The notes under the pieces: model-generated
What the model was told of the DNA's origin: nothing
The model's database searches: none
Seen by the model: only the letters and a program-made list of their open reading frames with translations
NCBI GenBank assembly: GCA_040954595.2
Contig: CM082577.2
Coordinates: forward strand, 20,186,303-20,250,302
Origin: Balanoglossus misakiensis
Taxonomy: Eukaryota; Animalia; Hemichordata
Direction of reading: 5' to 3'
DNA: 64,000 nt
Shown: positions 24,828 to 37,554 of the stretch, in pieces
Layout of the letters: every line of letters starts with the position of its first letter
How positions within the stretch are numbered: position 1 is the stretch's first letter
Position numbers and translations under genes: made by a program

Positions 24828-26803
24828 CACAGGGGGCTGCAAACATGAAAGTTATAAATGGCGGAGTACGTTCCGATCTGCATTTTCCCCACCTGTCTTA
24901 TCATAAGCTAATCCAGAATAAAAGCTATCGCATTTCCTATTAAGCACCTGCTAACAACTTAATCTGTGTGCCCCATCCACAGATTAAATTGATAAAGTAA
25001 ACATTGGTCACAAGGGCTTTCTCACGTGCAATGATTAGGGCGCCCTTTTGGGGATTATAAAAGTTGGCAAACATTTCTTATAAGCGACTCAAATAGTTTT
25101 GCATTCACATGTGTATAAAAGGGACGGGATCACCGCACTCAATGCGTCCACAGCAGCGTGGCTAAAGGTCACAATGGCGGATTCAGTGATGTGTTTACTG
25201 TATATGTAGCTCTGGACTTATACCTAAACAGCGTATACCGTAATCTATCCTTCGGTTCGACCAGGAAAAAATAATTATTCTTTACAAAAAAAACGAAACA
25301 ATGGGGGTAAAAATGAGTCAAAGTGCCAGAATGACCCCCTCGTACATTTATGCAAATTAGGTTCAAATAGGCTTCATGGTGCGATTGAAAATCAAGGACA
25401 CATTTGGCCACTTGTCCCATTTGTTGTTCCACATCAAATAAATGGAAGATCCGAGAAAATCCACACTTTTCCAGTTTTTGTACAGTCATCCTATAAGTAT
25501 AAGCGCTTCTACGGTACCGCCTGTGAGTCTTACAGCTTTGAAACCAGTGCGTAATATACTAGTAGCATGACTCCATGCTAGTAGTAAAAGCATACCGGGA
25601 TGTGGGAACGCTTTGAGTTGGTCCCTTGGGACAAAGACGTTTTTAATTTATTCACGCACAGGGATGTATTTTTAGCCAGACAATGGCAAGACCTAGTTGC
25701 TACAAGTTTCACTACCACTTCCACTGGGCGTCTCAATTTTTTCAGCAGAGCCCCAGCTGCAGTAAGTTCCGACTACCTCAAGGCTTTGCCTATAGGTTTT
25801 GGGGCTCCTCATTTTACTGATGACCATCAGCAACAAGGCAAATTGACCGTTGACTAAGCAAGGTGCTAAACATCGCTCTTTTCAGAGGGGTAATTTTACA
25901 TGCAAGCTCATTAGAAACTGCCACTTGTATCCCCTCAATTTTCAGCCACCCCCCTGTTACAAAATGACCCCTTTCCTTAATTAACTATTCACGACTGATT
26001 TGAGGTCAGACAAGGGTAAGTCAGAGCTACTGTATATGGTACTCCTGAATTTGCTTTTTAAACGTCGCCGACGCCGATTTCATGGGCATTTGAATGAACC
26101 TATACCGGTTTATGGTAACCTTTCATTGGAGGTTGCGCCTGGAAGACTGCAGTCCATGCTACTAAATCGTCGTCGGAGGTCGAGTTTGCAATTCCTTTGT
26201 ATGTGCCTTGGCCATTTCCGCGTCACTCCAATTGTTGCCTCGAGACACTGCTTCGGCCATTGTTTTAGTAAAGTGAACCTCAATGCTTAATGCAGCGCTT
26301 AATGAGACAAACCGCGTCGGCAGAGTGCGTTTAGATCGGCGTTTAGTGCGGTGTTTCTGTTCACACGTGATTTGAATCGCTGCTTAGTCCGGCGCCCCGA
26401 CCCAGGTCCCACCCCTCAACACCGTCACAAAAAAAGAGCGGCGCAGGGCCGCTCTCACCTTTTCACACGTGGCACTTACAAATTAACGCCGCCCTAGGGC
26501 CGCCGCTGGGGCGGCGTTGACGGCACGTGAGAAAGGCACTACGGAGTACTGGGTTACCAAGTGAGAACTGACCGATGTTTACTTTATCCACTTAATCGGT
26601 GGATGGGGCACACAGTTTATGTCATTAGCAGGTGCTTAATGGGAAATTAGATAGCTTGTATTCCGGATTAGCAACTGATAAGGCAGGAGGGGGTAACACA
26701 GAAAAATAACAAGCACAGAGACTGTTCAGCAAGTACTGTTTATTGGGGAAAATGAAGATCAGAACTCCGTCATTTATAACTTTCATGTTTGCAGCCCCCT
26801 GTG
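24828..26803. mobile_element. Non-autonomous TIR element with 7-bp TSD (P-element-like)
   Basis: GTCAAAT|CACAGGGGGCTGCAAACATGAAAGTTATAAATG...CATTTATAACTTTCATGTTTGCAGCCCCCTGTG|GTCAAAT. Imperfect TIR extends about 180 bp. Confidence 0.8.
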
Positions 26804-27313
26804 GTCAAATGCAGCACAGCGACCTGATGCAGTCATATTTGGCAGAGGACTGAAAATAAGATGAAAGAAAATTTGCATTGTGTCCCCAATAGTACTTAAA
26901 TTTTTAAGACCAAGATATAAAATTTTCACTTACATCAAGTCACAGTTATATCACCATAACCACTTTGATAAGCCAATGAATCATATTGTAGAATCTAGAT
27001 ACATGTATGATCACCATCATCATAGTACAGTACTACATGTTTTGGTGACATGTCTGAAACAATATCTTGATCTTGGGCCATGTTAGTCCCATATTTTAAT
27101 TCCTGGCTTCTTTACTTTTAAGAGGGACCCATATTTTTCATATGGAGTGGTCCCATAAATACAGTGGTTTGAATGTTTGTTAGTGCATGTAAATTCTATG
27201 CGTCTACAACTCACTTTGAGTGATGAGTGGGAAGGGGGGGGGGGAGTGTCTTGAAGGGTGCTTTCAAGTGACAAATCTTGCAGTCTAGTAATCACTGGTA
27301 TTTCTATTTGTAG

Positions 27314-27439
27314 CCTTGCACCAAGTTCCATGGTTAATCCTCATAAAAGTGTACTTGGACTTGGTAACTATGATGTCAATGTGATTATGGCAGCTCTCCA
27401 ACTTAAGGACTGTGAAGCCGTCTGGTGGGACAAGAGGAA
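27314..27439 (+). CDS. JOSD2: Josephin-domain deubiquitinase, coding exon 2
   Basis: Acceptor TTTGTAG|. Encodes [29 protein letters not shown]...WWDKR. Donor AA|GTATGT; phases match the neighbouring exons. Confidence 0.93.
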
Positions 27440-27682
27440 GTATGTGATCAAAACACTTCTTATTGTTCAGTCAAATTTTTCTAAAATATGTGTCTCCATT
27501 TCACTTAGACTGATTGTTATGACATTGTGATTACAGCATTCATTGTATTTGAATATGCCAGTCCTTATACACTTTCAATTACAAGCTTAGTATCTAAATC
27601 GAAAGACTATCGTATGTATGATTATCACAGCTGCATGTATATACAGCAACCATGGGTGTTACTTTTTTCTTTCTCTCTGCAG

Positions 27683-28004
27683 AAACCTGGACACTTTGAA
27701 TCCTGATAGTGTACTTGGGTTCATACTGAATATGCCCTCATCGCTTCAATGGGGTCCACTCAGTCTGCCAATTAAACGAAAGCATTGGGTAGCAGTGCGG
27801 CAATTGGATAATGTCTTCTACAACTTGGATTCCAAATTGAAAAATCCTGAAGCCATTGGAGATAAAGAAGCACTCAAATCTTTTCTGAAAGCACAGACTA
27901 GAGCTAAGGATTGTGAACTCTTGCTTGTTGTTTCAAAAACAGTTGCTGAAAGTAGAAGTTGGAAGATGGATAGTGGAGGAAATGGTGCAGCAAGCTGGCA
28001 TTGA
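27683..28004 (+). CDS. JOSD2: Josephin-domain deubiquitinase, last coding exon
   Basis: Polypyrimidine tract + CAG|. Encodes GFILN...KRKHWVAVR...YNLDSKL with the catalytic His and Asp; ends at TGA. Spliced CDS is 564 nt (187 aa). Confidence 0.93.
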
Positions 28005-29968
28005 AAGATCTTAGTCAGCACCTAATATTTGTTATGCAACACCAATATCTGTAGTTGTATAGTTTTCACAAAGTCATAACTTTCAATTCCTTCAAAACAA
28101 ATCCTATAAAAGAACCGTCATAGAAATTGTGTCCATAAGACATTGAAAAAATGAACATGTACAGAAATTGTTTTTTTATATCTCAATTTTAATGAATTGT
28201 GCATGACCTTGATTATGTGTTTTTGCTTTCTAACTCAACAACTTTGTGAACTTCAATATTGTCAAAGATTTCTCTGTATTTGGTCAGGCTTCAAGCGGGT
28301 ATGAATTCAACTAGCACTAGTCCAGAGACAAATCCAATCTATTGTTAGAATAACCTGACAGATTTGTACACGTTACATGATAGAGGCCTGAAACAATGAC
28401 TCTTTCAGTTAGTTGCAGTGTTCAGTTTTCTCTCTGAAACTGTTTCTGAAAGTGAAACCATCAAACATAAATGAAAGTGTCAGTAAAATATGAAGGGTAA
28501 TGTTATAGAAGACCTCAGTGGTAAATGTTCACAAGAACAGCATCTCTTTAATAAAGAACTCTCAATTCTTGATTTGATCCTAATGGAACCTTTCCACCTA
28601 CATCTCAGTCATGGTTCACTTATAACTACTAAAACAATGTCATGGTAAAATGTACAGCAAAAATAGATTCTATAACTAGAATGACAAGCATATTACACTA
28701 GATTGAAAAGATGTAAAGGATGGGGCATACATAGTATATCCAGATTATGAGATTTGCATAAGTATGGTGTCTAGCTCTATTTGCAAAAATGAATATGCAA
28801 AAAGAAGCTTCATGTTAGCCAAAAATGTTTGTTTATAGTGAATTTCAACTACAGTCACCATTATCTTAGTTACCATGTTTTCCGTTTATTGTTCAGTACA
28901 AACAATTTGTAACAAAGCGGAACCTCATGAGTAACGAGGGTGTTTGTGTATCAAACAGACTACAGTGGACGTTGCCCAGTGGTTTTGAGTGACAGTGGCG
29001 AAACTTTTAACCAAATTGTATCCAAAGTCCAAAGAGTAGTGTGAGGCGACAGCAAAGAATACCTACTGCATGAGTAAACGTTGTCACCACCGTACTCTAC
29101 ATCTGAGTGGTATTTATGTATGCATAATGTGTTCAAATAAAGTTATAAGAACCAAATACATGTATATGCAAATGGTTGAACAAATGGGAAAATTGTTTGC
29201 TTTATTGGTACCCTAGGTGCACCAATAAAGATTAGTTGATTTTGTGTTGATAGGTGGACTTTTTGTAATAACATTTGTGTTTTTCTTTATTTTTGCTAAA
29301 AAATCATTTTCTCAGACACTGCTTGTATGATAACTTAACAATTTTGAATGGAGGTACCCAAGAATCTTCTCATGCAGTTTCTTTTTATGTTATGAAATTC
29401 GCAAAATACCCGGATTTATGTCCGAGTACATCGTACAGGTATTGTCCGAGACGCGCAGCGTCGAGGACAATACTGAAGCGTACGATACACCTTTTCCGGA
29501 CGTCCTTGATGAACGATAAAGAATAAATTGGCCGCTATCGGACTTTCTAGTTTTCAGACACCGCCATGATGTAATTTGCATATCGAACGCGCCTTTACCT
29601 CGCGCATCAGGTGATGCTAGTGTCGAACTGCCTGTCCCACGCGCGACGTTCTACGCTGCTTGCGCTGAGCTCGTTCTGGAACTTGAAATGAACGTGCTCG
29701 CCAGTTCGTTCACAGATTCCTTCGACTGAAATTTCAGCGTGGATTTTGACTGATTTCGCATCTTGGGTCACCAATAATTTTGTTTAATAACGGCTGTGTA
29801 CTTTTATCATCATTGTTTACAGTGAACAGCTATGAGGTTAAAGGTCAAAATGCGTTCCATGACCCTGGTGTTATGGGACTCCGCGTCCTCATTTGAATAA
29901 TTTATTAATTATTGTATTCTGATACTGTGAATTATTGCATTACGGAACGCCATAGGTTACAGCAGTAG

Positions 29969-30726
29969 TAGACTGTCGACAGTCCCTCGCGCCTAATGTG
30001 TATCGATTCGGCGTTTCGTGCGAGGCCCGTAAGGCCCGTATCTTTTGAGGGCCGAAGGCCCGATTCGGCGTTTCGTGTTGCGATGGCCGTAAGGCCCGAG
30101 GGCGTGGCCCGAGGGACTGTTATACCTTGTTTCGCCCTCACACAGGCACTGTGGGAAAATGCCCCTGTAAAATGATTGACAGTTAATACGTTATAAACTC
30201 ATAGACCAATCATATTGTCACGCAGTATCGGGTCAACAGGAAGTGAAGCTGTAAAGCCGGCAAATGCTCACCTCGTTTAGCCTTTTTAATGTTTTTGAAT
30301 GATGGTATCTGAACAAGTTATTTCTCTCGCCTTGACAAAACTTGGCCACCAGTCACTCAGACCCGTCCAGCGTCAAGTAATTGATGGTTTTTTGGATGGC
30401 AAAGATGTTTTTGTTGCGTCGCCAACGGGCAGTGGGAAGTCTTTGGCGTATGAAATTGCACCTTTTCTCTTGGACAGGATCGGCGAATTTACCGAGGAAC
30501 CGTCATCGATAGTTTTGGTTGTTTCGCCGCTGATTTACGCCCCCATATGCAAATTTTACTACGTCATTTTCTGCATGCATAATTAATATCAAGGCAAGGC
30601 TTGCAAGCTATAACAGTCCCTCGGACCTTACGGCCCTCGCACCACGAAACGCCGAATCGGGCCTTTGGCCCTCGCACGAAGCACCGAATCGATACACATT
30701 AGGCGCGAGGGACTGTCGACAGTCTA
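29969..30726 (+). mobile_element. Internally deleted AcademH-like DNA transposon with a RecQ-type helicase remnant
   Basis: CAGCAGTAG|TAGACTGTCGACAGTCCCTCGCGCC...GGCGCGAGGGACTGTCGACAGTCTA|CAGCAGTAG, with TIRs over 100 bp. Internal ORF 30299-30586 has LRPVQ, DVFVASPTGSGKSLAY (motif I) and VLVVSPL (motif Ia). Confidence 0.8.
30299..30535 (+). pseudogene. Truncated SF2 (RecQ-like) helicase N-terminus
   Basis: Q-motif, Walker A (PTGSGKS) and motif Ia, after which similarity stops. No DExH or C-terminal helicase motifs. Lies inside TIRs. Confidence 0.8.
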
Positions 30727-30827
30727 CAGCAGTAGGTGTATAATAATGCAGGATATTTTGGGAGGACATTTTTGTTATTTTTGGTCAAATTTTAATTTTC
30801 TCTAAAATGTTAGGTAGATAGCTTTAA

Positions 30828-31001
30828 AGGTATACGGTCACCTATACAAATTTAGCCACAGTTACCATGGTAAATTGAGATCTAACCAATCACAGATTTT
30901 CAGTGGGTGGCACACGCGAAAATAAAGTGTTCTTTAGAACACTCAAATACGCCATTTCAACTATATATGGCGATATGTAAATTGGAGGTGACCGTATACC
31001 T
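30828..31001. mobile_element. TTAA-flanked MITE (Kolobok-like)
   Basis: TTAA|AGGTATACGGTCACC...GGTGACCGTATACCT|TTAA. Second copy at 37795-37980. Confidence 0.8.
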
Positions 31002-31407
31002 TTAATGTTTGGCTTACTGGTTACTTGGGATAAAATAATACAGAGCTTAATTTTATATTTTGATGAAATATTTTCTTATCATTTGCCACCTTCAATTTAT
31101 ACAACTTGTCAGACAACTTCATACTCTGTATTCATGTGCATTGTAGCTATTTTTAAAATGGGTCAAATTATCTGCTGAAAATAAATCAGATCATTTTTTT
31201 CAAATGTAGAACATTTATGTCCTGTACCCCAATGTAATTAATTATTTGAAGAAGAATCATAGTGAATGTGATTATTTAGATGCAAATATCGTCTGGCCAT
31301 ATTTTCCAGCACAATATCTTGGAAGGGACTGAGCAAACTAATCTTGTGGTGGGAATTTTTGTACTAAAACCATTACTACAGTAATTCAATGGTCATTGAT
31401 GCTATTT

Positions 31408-31790
31408 TTAGCTCTGCTTGGGTCAGCTGAGCTGTAGCAGTAGGTTGATAAGTGTCCGTCCGTCGTCCGTCAATTTTTGGTATTTCAATCTTCTTCTTTA
31501 AAACTACTTGGCATATTTAGCTGAAACTTGGTTGGAATGTGTGTTATGGTGCCCTTACCTGATTTTGTTAATTTGGATTTGATGGGGTCATAAATATGCA
31601 AATTAGATCTAAAAATAGAAGTTTTGGTAAAAATCTTCTTCTCCCTAACTACATGTACGATGGAGCTGAAATTTGGAATGAATGTGTGTTATGGTGTCCC
31701 TACCTGATTTTGTTAATTTGGATATGATGGGGTCATGAATATGCAAATAAGATCTAAAAATATAATTTTTGGTCAAAATACAGCTATACA
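31408..31790 (+). mobile_element. 5' part of a third Helentron/DINE-like family
   Basis: TTTTTAGCTC...GAGCT 5' hairpin, GTCCGTC microsatellite, then two tandem ~145-bp units. Truncated at the LINE 3' end. Confidence 0.5.
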
Positions 31791-31805
31791 TGACAATTAA
31801 ACAGT

Positions 31806-34800
31806 TTAAATTCTGTCTCTTGAAAAAAGCGAGAGAGATATCTTTCTCTGCTTAAAAGCTTTGCCTATGAAAATACAAAGGTTTAGAAGCTCATCATTGT
31901 TAGACGTGTTCATAAGTCAAACAAATTTGTGAAAATTTGGATGCTCAAAGACGTGTGATAAGTACTGTTTTCTAAGGTCTGTGTAAGCAGAGCATTCAAG
32001 GAGAAAATGGTATTCATCTTCAACTGCTCCCTTTGTACAAAACGTACAGAGACGATCTGGTACATCTATATTGTGCCTTCTCCCCTCCTCAATTGCAAGG
32101 GGCAGGGTAGAACAGCGAAAACAGGAGAACAGTTGTAAGTTATTGCGACTTCATGGTAAATTAAGATATTCTCTGGTTCGAGCATGCTTTTAAATTGCAT
32201 GTATGTACGGAGTTTAGGTTTCAAGGATATTTTCCTGTTCGGCACAGTTGTTTAAATATATCTGAAAGCCTAGCGTCAAACAGTGACAAAAACTGCTGTT
32301 TGTTTCCTATTTCTTGGGCAAGCCAGGCATAACCGAAGCCATAAGAAAATAAAACATTCTAATATAGACGTTGCCCACGTGTGGCGACCCAAGCCATGAA
32401 GATTATATAACATGATGTATGCCTGTCGTGGAAGTCGGTTTGGAGGCATTTCAAGTAATTTTATCCAATAGCGAATGCAACGCTTTATAGTGTGAAAATG
32501 AACAGGAAAACGATCGCATTCACCCAATAATGGTTCATTTGTTGAATTGCCCGGTACACCTACAAATTTTCTGCACCATTTTCTGTGTACCTTCTCCAGT
32601 GCATCGTACAAAGTAAAACCCCAGACTTCAGAACCATAGCATAAAATTGGTAATATCATAACATCGAAAACTTTATAATGAGAATACAGATCAAAGTGAC
32701 CTAACTTCCATCTAGCAATTGACAGCATATTGAGGGCTTTACTAGCCTGGTTTGCTAGATTTTGGATTGATTTCGACCAGTTGTTGCGAGATGAAAAGAA
32801 TAAACCCAGGTATTTGTAAAATGAAACAACACTTACAGGACTTGTACCAAAATGCCATTTTTCCCCAACGTGATCTGCGACCACCTTTTCTGAAAATCAT
32901 AACTTTTGTTTTGTCTAAATTAACTTGCATGCGCCATTTGATACAGAACTTGTATAAAATATCAATTAAATGTTGCAAGTTCCTGGCTGAATCTGCAAAA
33001 ATAGCCACATCATCAGCATAAAGTAAAGCGAAAAAGATCATATAGATCTTGTGTTAATTGAACACCACGTTGTCCATATGACATAAGCATAACATTCAAT
33101 TCGTCAATAAAAAAACTAAACAAAACCGGGCTTAAAATACACCCTTGTCTGACGCCAGCTGGACAGTCAAAGTACTCTGATGTAATATTTCCAGCTCTAA
33201 CAATACATTTTTCCTTTGACTCCCAGCATCTTAAGCTTATACAGTAACAAACTATGGTTCACTCGATCAAACGCCTTCGAAAAATCGACAAAAAGGCAAT
33301 ACAGTTTCCCACGTCTTATACTTAAATATTTCTGTACTATAGCATGTAGAACAAATATGTTGTCTATAGTGCTGTGATTTTTGCGGAATCCAGCTTGACA
33401 GTCTGAGAGGATGTTTAAAGTATCCAACCATTTTACAAGTCGCTCATTTAATATTGACGTAAAGATCTTTCCCAGAGTGTTAAGAAGTGAAATGCCCCTG
33501 TAGTTGTTAACGTCCTGCTTTGACCCTTTTATTGAATAGAGGAATTACAATTGCGCCCGACCACTCCCTAGGAAACTTTCCAGAGACAAAAATAAAAATA
33601 AACAATTCTACAAGTACAGGTAAAATAATTACTGCAGAACAGCTATAAAATTCATTGGGTATCCCGTTTGGCCCGGGAGCTTTACCAGATTTGTCTTTTC
33701 AAACAAGATAACACTTAACTCTCTGTAATATGGTTATTAAGTAGATTATCACATACATAGCTTCGCATATTACCATAGTATGACGTCAGACGTAGGTAAA
33801 TATGCACCAAGCGTTATTGTAATTATCATCCCTCTGACGTCACCAAATGGAACTATTTTAAACTTGTAAACAAAGTCCCCTTAGGGCGACAAAATTCAGT
33901 GCAATTGTTGGTTTTATTTCGATATAAAAACATAAGCAAAGATAAATAAAACGTTTCGTATGTGTAAATATGGACGATCGACGATTCGTTTTACCTGTGT
34001 ACATTTTTATCGCACCAACCGGCACCAAAACTGTCGCGAGGTCGGCAGTGCTGAGCCAATGTCGTCGCGTTTTCGAACGAGCAACAGGTACAAATTTGAG
34101 TATTCGCAAAAATTTTGATGCGACGATTAGAGCAAAACGGTCTAGTCATAAAGCAAAAGGCATAAGAAAGGTTTCAAGTTGTCATACACAGAGCGGTTGG
34201 CTTGTTGACATGTCACATTAAACCATGGAGGCTGTTTGTAATTGTTTCGAGGAGTGCTCACCTGGCGCCCATCAGCGCCTGCAACTTGTACAGCCTCGAG
34301 TATCTTTGAGATGGCAGAGCTTGTGTTTGGAAGGGCTGTAATAGACTCATTCAACACATTTTTCACAGGCGGGGAAGACATTTTTTCTTTAAATGACTGA
34401 TAACATGAAGGCGGCATGCGAAAACGAACATAACGTGACACATTACTAGCAGTAGGACACTGACGTTGGACGTTTACCTGAGCAGCGGGAAATTCACAGC
34501 TGATCGGAAAATGATCAGATTCCATTCTTGAAAGAACTTGAAAAGAGCTTACATAACGGAACATTTCTGAAGGCAAAAGCATGTAATCAATTACACTGCT
34601 TCCCATTTGGTGTAATACATGTAATATTTTCGGGCATGTCATTGGTCGTCCGACCATTTACAATATGCAAATCAAAATTGCGACAGATGCCCAGTAGAGC
34701 TTTACAAGCTTCATTAACCACCTGATCTTTTGAAAGTCTTGGAATGTGAAAATGAGATTGTGAATACATTGAATCATCCAATGGCAGGTGATTGTCGAGT

Positions 34801-35735
34801 CATCAGAAATGAAATCATCATGTGACCCTGTTCTCGCATTAAAATCACCGCCCAGAATGAAACTACACTCGGGGTATAATAAAGCTCGATAAGTTGATCT
34901 TCTAACTCTTCAAAGTTGTCTAATATAGAATCGGGTCGCAGATAGCAACAACCAAATATAACATCTCTATTGAATGGAAATAAATCTTTATGAAACTTGA
35001 GAAAAACGAAATTATTTAACCATGTGTGTACCTGTTGGACTTTGTCAGCAATAATTAGTGGCTGCCTCTCTGGAACTCTACTTATATAATAATTGTACAG
35101 GAAAACACGTCTTGCATACAAATACACCTGAAACACTCAAACAGTATAAATGTTTGAAAACTAGTGGGCTAATGGGAAGGAACAGAATGCGACACACTCA
35201 TGGGTTGGCGGAAACTTTGCAAAATCTTTAATATGCAGATGAAAAAGAGTGTGACAAAACCAGCTCCAACCACTTATAAACCATGTGAATAAAGGTAAAT
35301 AAAATAAATATAACAAACATACAAGGAAAAGCCATGGGTAGTGGTGGGTGGGGTTTTAAGCGAGCGACTGCTCGGAAAAAGTGACTCTACAAGATGGCGG
35401 AAGCCCTACAAAAGTAGCAATTCTCTCCGGAAGGCGGGAAGACGCACTACACAGAGGGCGCCCCAAATTACACCCAAGGGGTTGGGCCTAAATTTGATGC
35501 ACATACACAGCAGTACCGCCACTTGGACGGCCTCTAGTATGGCGACGCGTGGCAGGAAAAGGAAAAACCACGTGTGTTTTTAAAATATCTACCTGGTCTG
35601 AGGTTGTACAGAAAGTCTCAGTTATAACAATATCCTATTTTGAACAAAAATAAATAGATTCTGAATTGTTTAAATTGGTTTTTAGACCTCTAATGTTCCA
35701 TAGCAGAAAAGAGAGAATTTGACTTGTTTGAGCCT
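31806..35735 (-). pseudogene. LINE ORF2 (AP endonuclease + reverse transcriptase), disrupted
   Basis: APE motifs WNIRGL, GRPSGG, GGDFNARTG, IDY and SDHFPI. RT motifs NYRGISLL, QAGFRKNHSTIDNIF, FVDFSKAFD, GVRQGCILSP, LLYADD and YKYLG. C-terminal CxxC...EDEYHFLLEC. The motifs are spread over several frames. Confidence 0.92.
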
Positions 35736-35746
35736 TGGCCACACCC

Positions 35747-37184
35747 CTACCGTGCAAGATGGTCGACTTGCTGTACTTGTCCGGTGTATTCATTAAACTT
35801 GTAGACCGTATTGACGTCCTGCTCGTCGATACATATCAACTTGTCATAGCGGATGTAAGACTTCATCGTCGAGTTTGTTTGTATTAATGTCTTTCGGAAT
35901 GACAAAAGATTTGACCGAATATTCGCACTCGTCTTGAAAAGTCCTCGCCGATGCTAATGTTCGTTCCTCTAAGTTTAGTAGTCTAGAATCTATCCGTTCG
36001 TAGTCGCATTCACCCTACTACCGTCTAGGAACGCCTAACCAAAATCTAGTAAGGCCATAAAAATGGTAATTTGAATGTGAATAGTCTCCAACTGAGCAAT
36101 CTGACGTCAAGCGTCACCACGTGATCATGATTATGTATCATTCGGGGCGGAGCTACATGCGAATTTCCCGCGATTGTCAATGCAGCTGCAACATGTGCCA
36201 TAATTGGGCATATATGAATAATAATGAAGAAACACCCATGCCATCAACGGCCAATCAGTAGTCGGTCAACGTAAGTGATTGACTTCTCTGACGTCAGACT
36301 GCTCAGTTGGAGACTATTCACATTCAAATTACCATTTTTATGGCCTTACTAGATTTTGGTTAGGCGTTCCTAGACGGTAGTAGGGTGAATGCGACTACGA
36401 ACGGATAGATTCTAGACTAAAGTTTAGTGGCTGCCGACTGCACTCTGGATCTGTCTTTGAATTTCGCGAACATGGCGACAATAGGGCTTCCTCCGCAAAT
36501 TTTCGGTGCATTCTTGATCCGGTGGACTCTCTCAAATTCAACTTCTTCTGTTATGTCAAGATGATTTTTCAAGACTGATTTCACCTTTTCTTCAGACTTG
36601 TCCCAGTTTTCGTTTACTTCGGACTGCTCAATTCCATAGAATATGAGGTTATTCCTGCGGCTTCGATTTTCTAAATCATCGCTAGAGCGTTTTAACTCGT
36701 CATTTTCTTTCCTTAAATGGTTCAGGGACGATTTCAATTCAGAAAAGGACTTACTGCTTTGCTCCTGTGTATCCACTTTTGCTGTATTTCGCTGTAACTG
36801 TTCTCGAAATTTAGACATACCTTCAATGTTGTCCATCCTAATTTCCAGACGTTCAAGTTTCTGCCGCATATATTGTGTTTCTGTGATGATCTTGTCTAGC
36901 TTTTCGTTGATGCCTTTAATGTCGCTCTTTGTTGCCAGTTTCTCTGCATCAGCCGACCCTAGTTTTGGAGGTCCCGGGTTCAGTTCAACATTGCCAGCAG
37001 TTACTAACAGGGCAGCCAAACAGAGTTTGACTGCCAGTGACATTTGGCAGTTCAACAATGGAACGACGAGGGCGGCCATCTTTGGTTGATTTTTGCCAAA
37101 TTTAACTTTTTTACATAAATCGGTAGGTCTAATACTGACCCACATCCTGACTAATACGTCTTGGCGGAAATGGTGCATAATCAC
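35747..37184 (-). pseudogene. LINE ORF1 (coiled coil + L1-type RRM) with an N-terminal 2A-like motif, interrupted by a MITE
   Basis: LLVTAGNVELNPGP, then a coiled coil, DLENRSRRNNLIFYGI and FERVHRI. Removing the MITE and one TSD copy restores ATKL-RGTNISIGEDFS. After a 1-nt frameshift it continues to ...YIRYDKL...TAG at 35747. Confidence 0.88.
35979..36419. mobile_element. TAG...CTA MITE with ~130-bp TIRs (Academ-like), inserted in LINE ORF1
   Basis: AAGTTTAG|TAGTCTAGAATCTATCCG...CGGATAGATTCTAGACTA|AAGTTTAG (8-bp duplication). Near-identical inverted copy at 56550-56990. Confidence 0.9.
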
Positions 37185-37554
37185 CCCAAAATAGCACTTT
37201 TCTGAATGAGTTCACAGCTTAACAAATAGGTGTCAACAATGCAAATGGTCGTTTTTCTCAGTTTGCATTTTCGCTGCTCTTGACAAATTCAGAAGAATTT
37301 AGCTTCGCTCTGCGTTGGCCGAATTTGCTCAAATTTTAACAGGGGATTGTGTCTCCAACAAAACGGTATTTTTGTTAGTCGATAAAGTGTCCCTGGCGGG
37401 AATAAACTCTAATTCAATACAACTCACCGTGAATTTGATCAAATTTTCTAAAAATCTAACTTTCAAACGCTGTTACTCCTCAATGGAAGCAGATAACGCA
37501 AAACAAAATTACCGTTTTTTTGCACGTGTACTCTAGTTTTGAATGACATATTAA

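Larger units (their letters stand above)
31790..37550 (-). mobile_element. Decayed near-full-length two-ORF non-LTR retrotransposon (APE + RT; RTE-X/CR1-group-like)
   Basis: ORF1 remnant followed by ORF2 remnant on the minus strand, with many frameshifts, stops and secondary insertions. Both ends are approximate and the clade is inferred. Confidence 0.9.

Noticed and set aside
30299-30586. ORF as a host RecQ helicase gene
   Set aside because: Similarity stops after motif Ia, no further helicase exons are nearby, and the ORF is enclosed by TIRs and a TSD.
36643-37089. 148-aa plus-strand ORF
   Set aside because: Antisense shadow of LINE ORF1 with no recognisable motifs.
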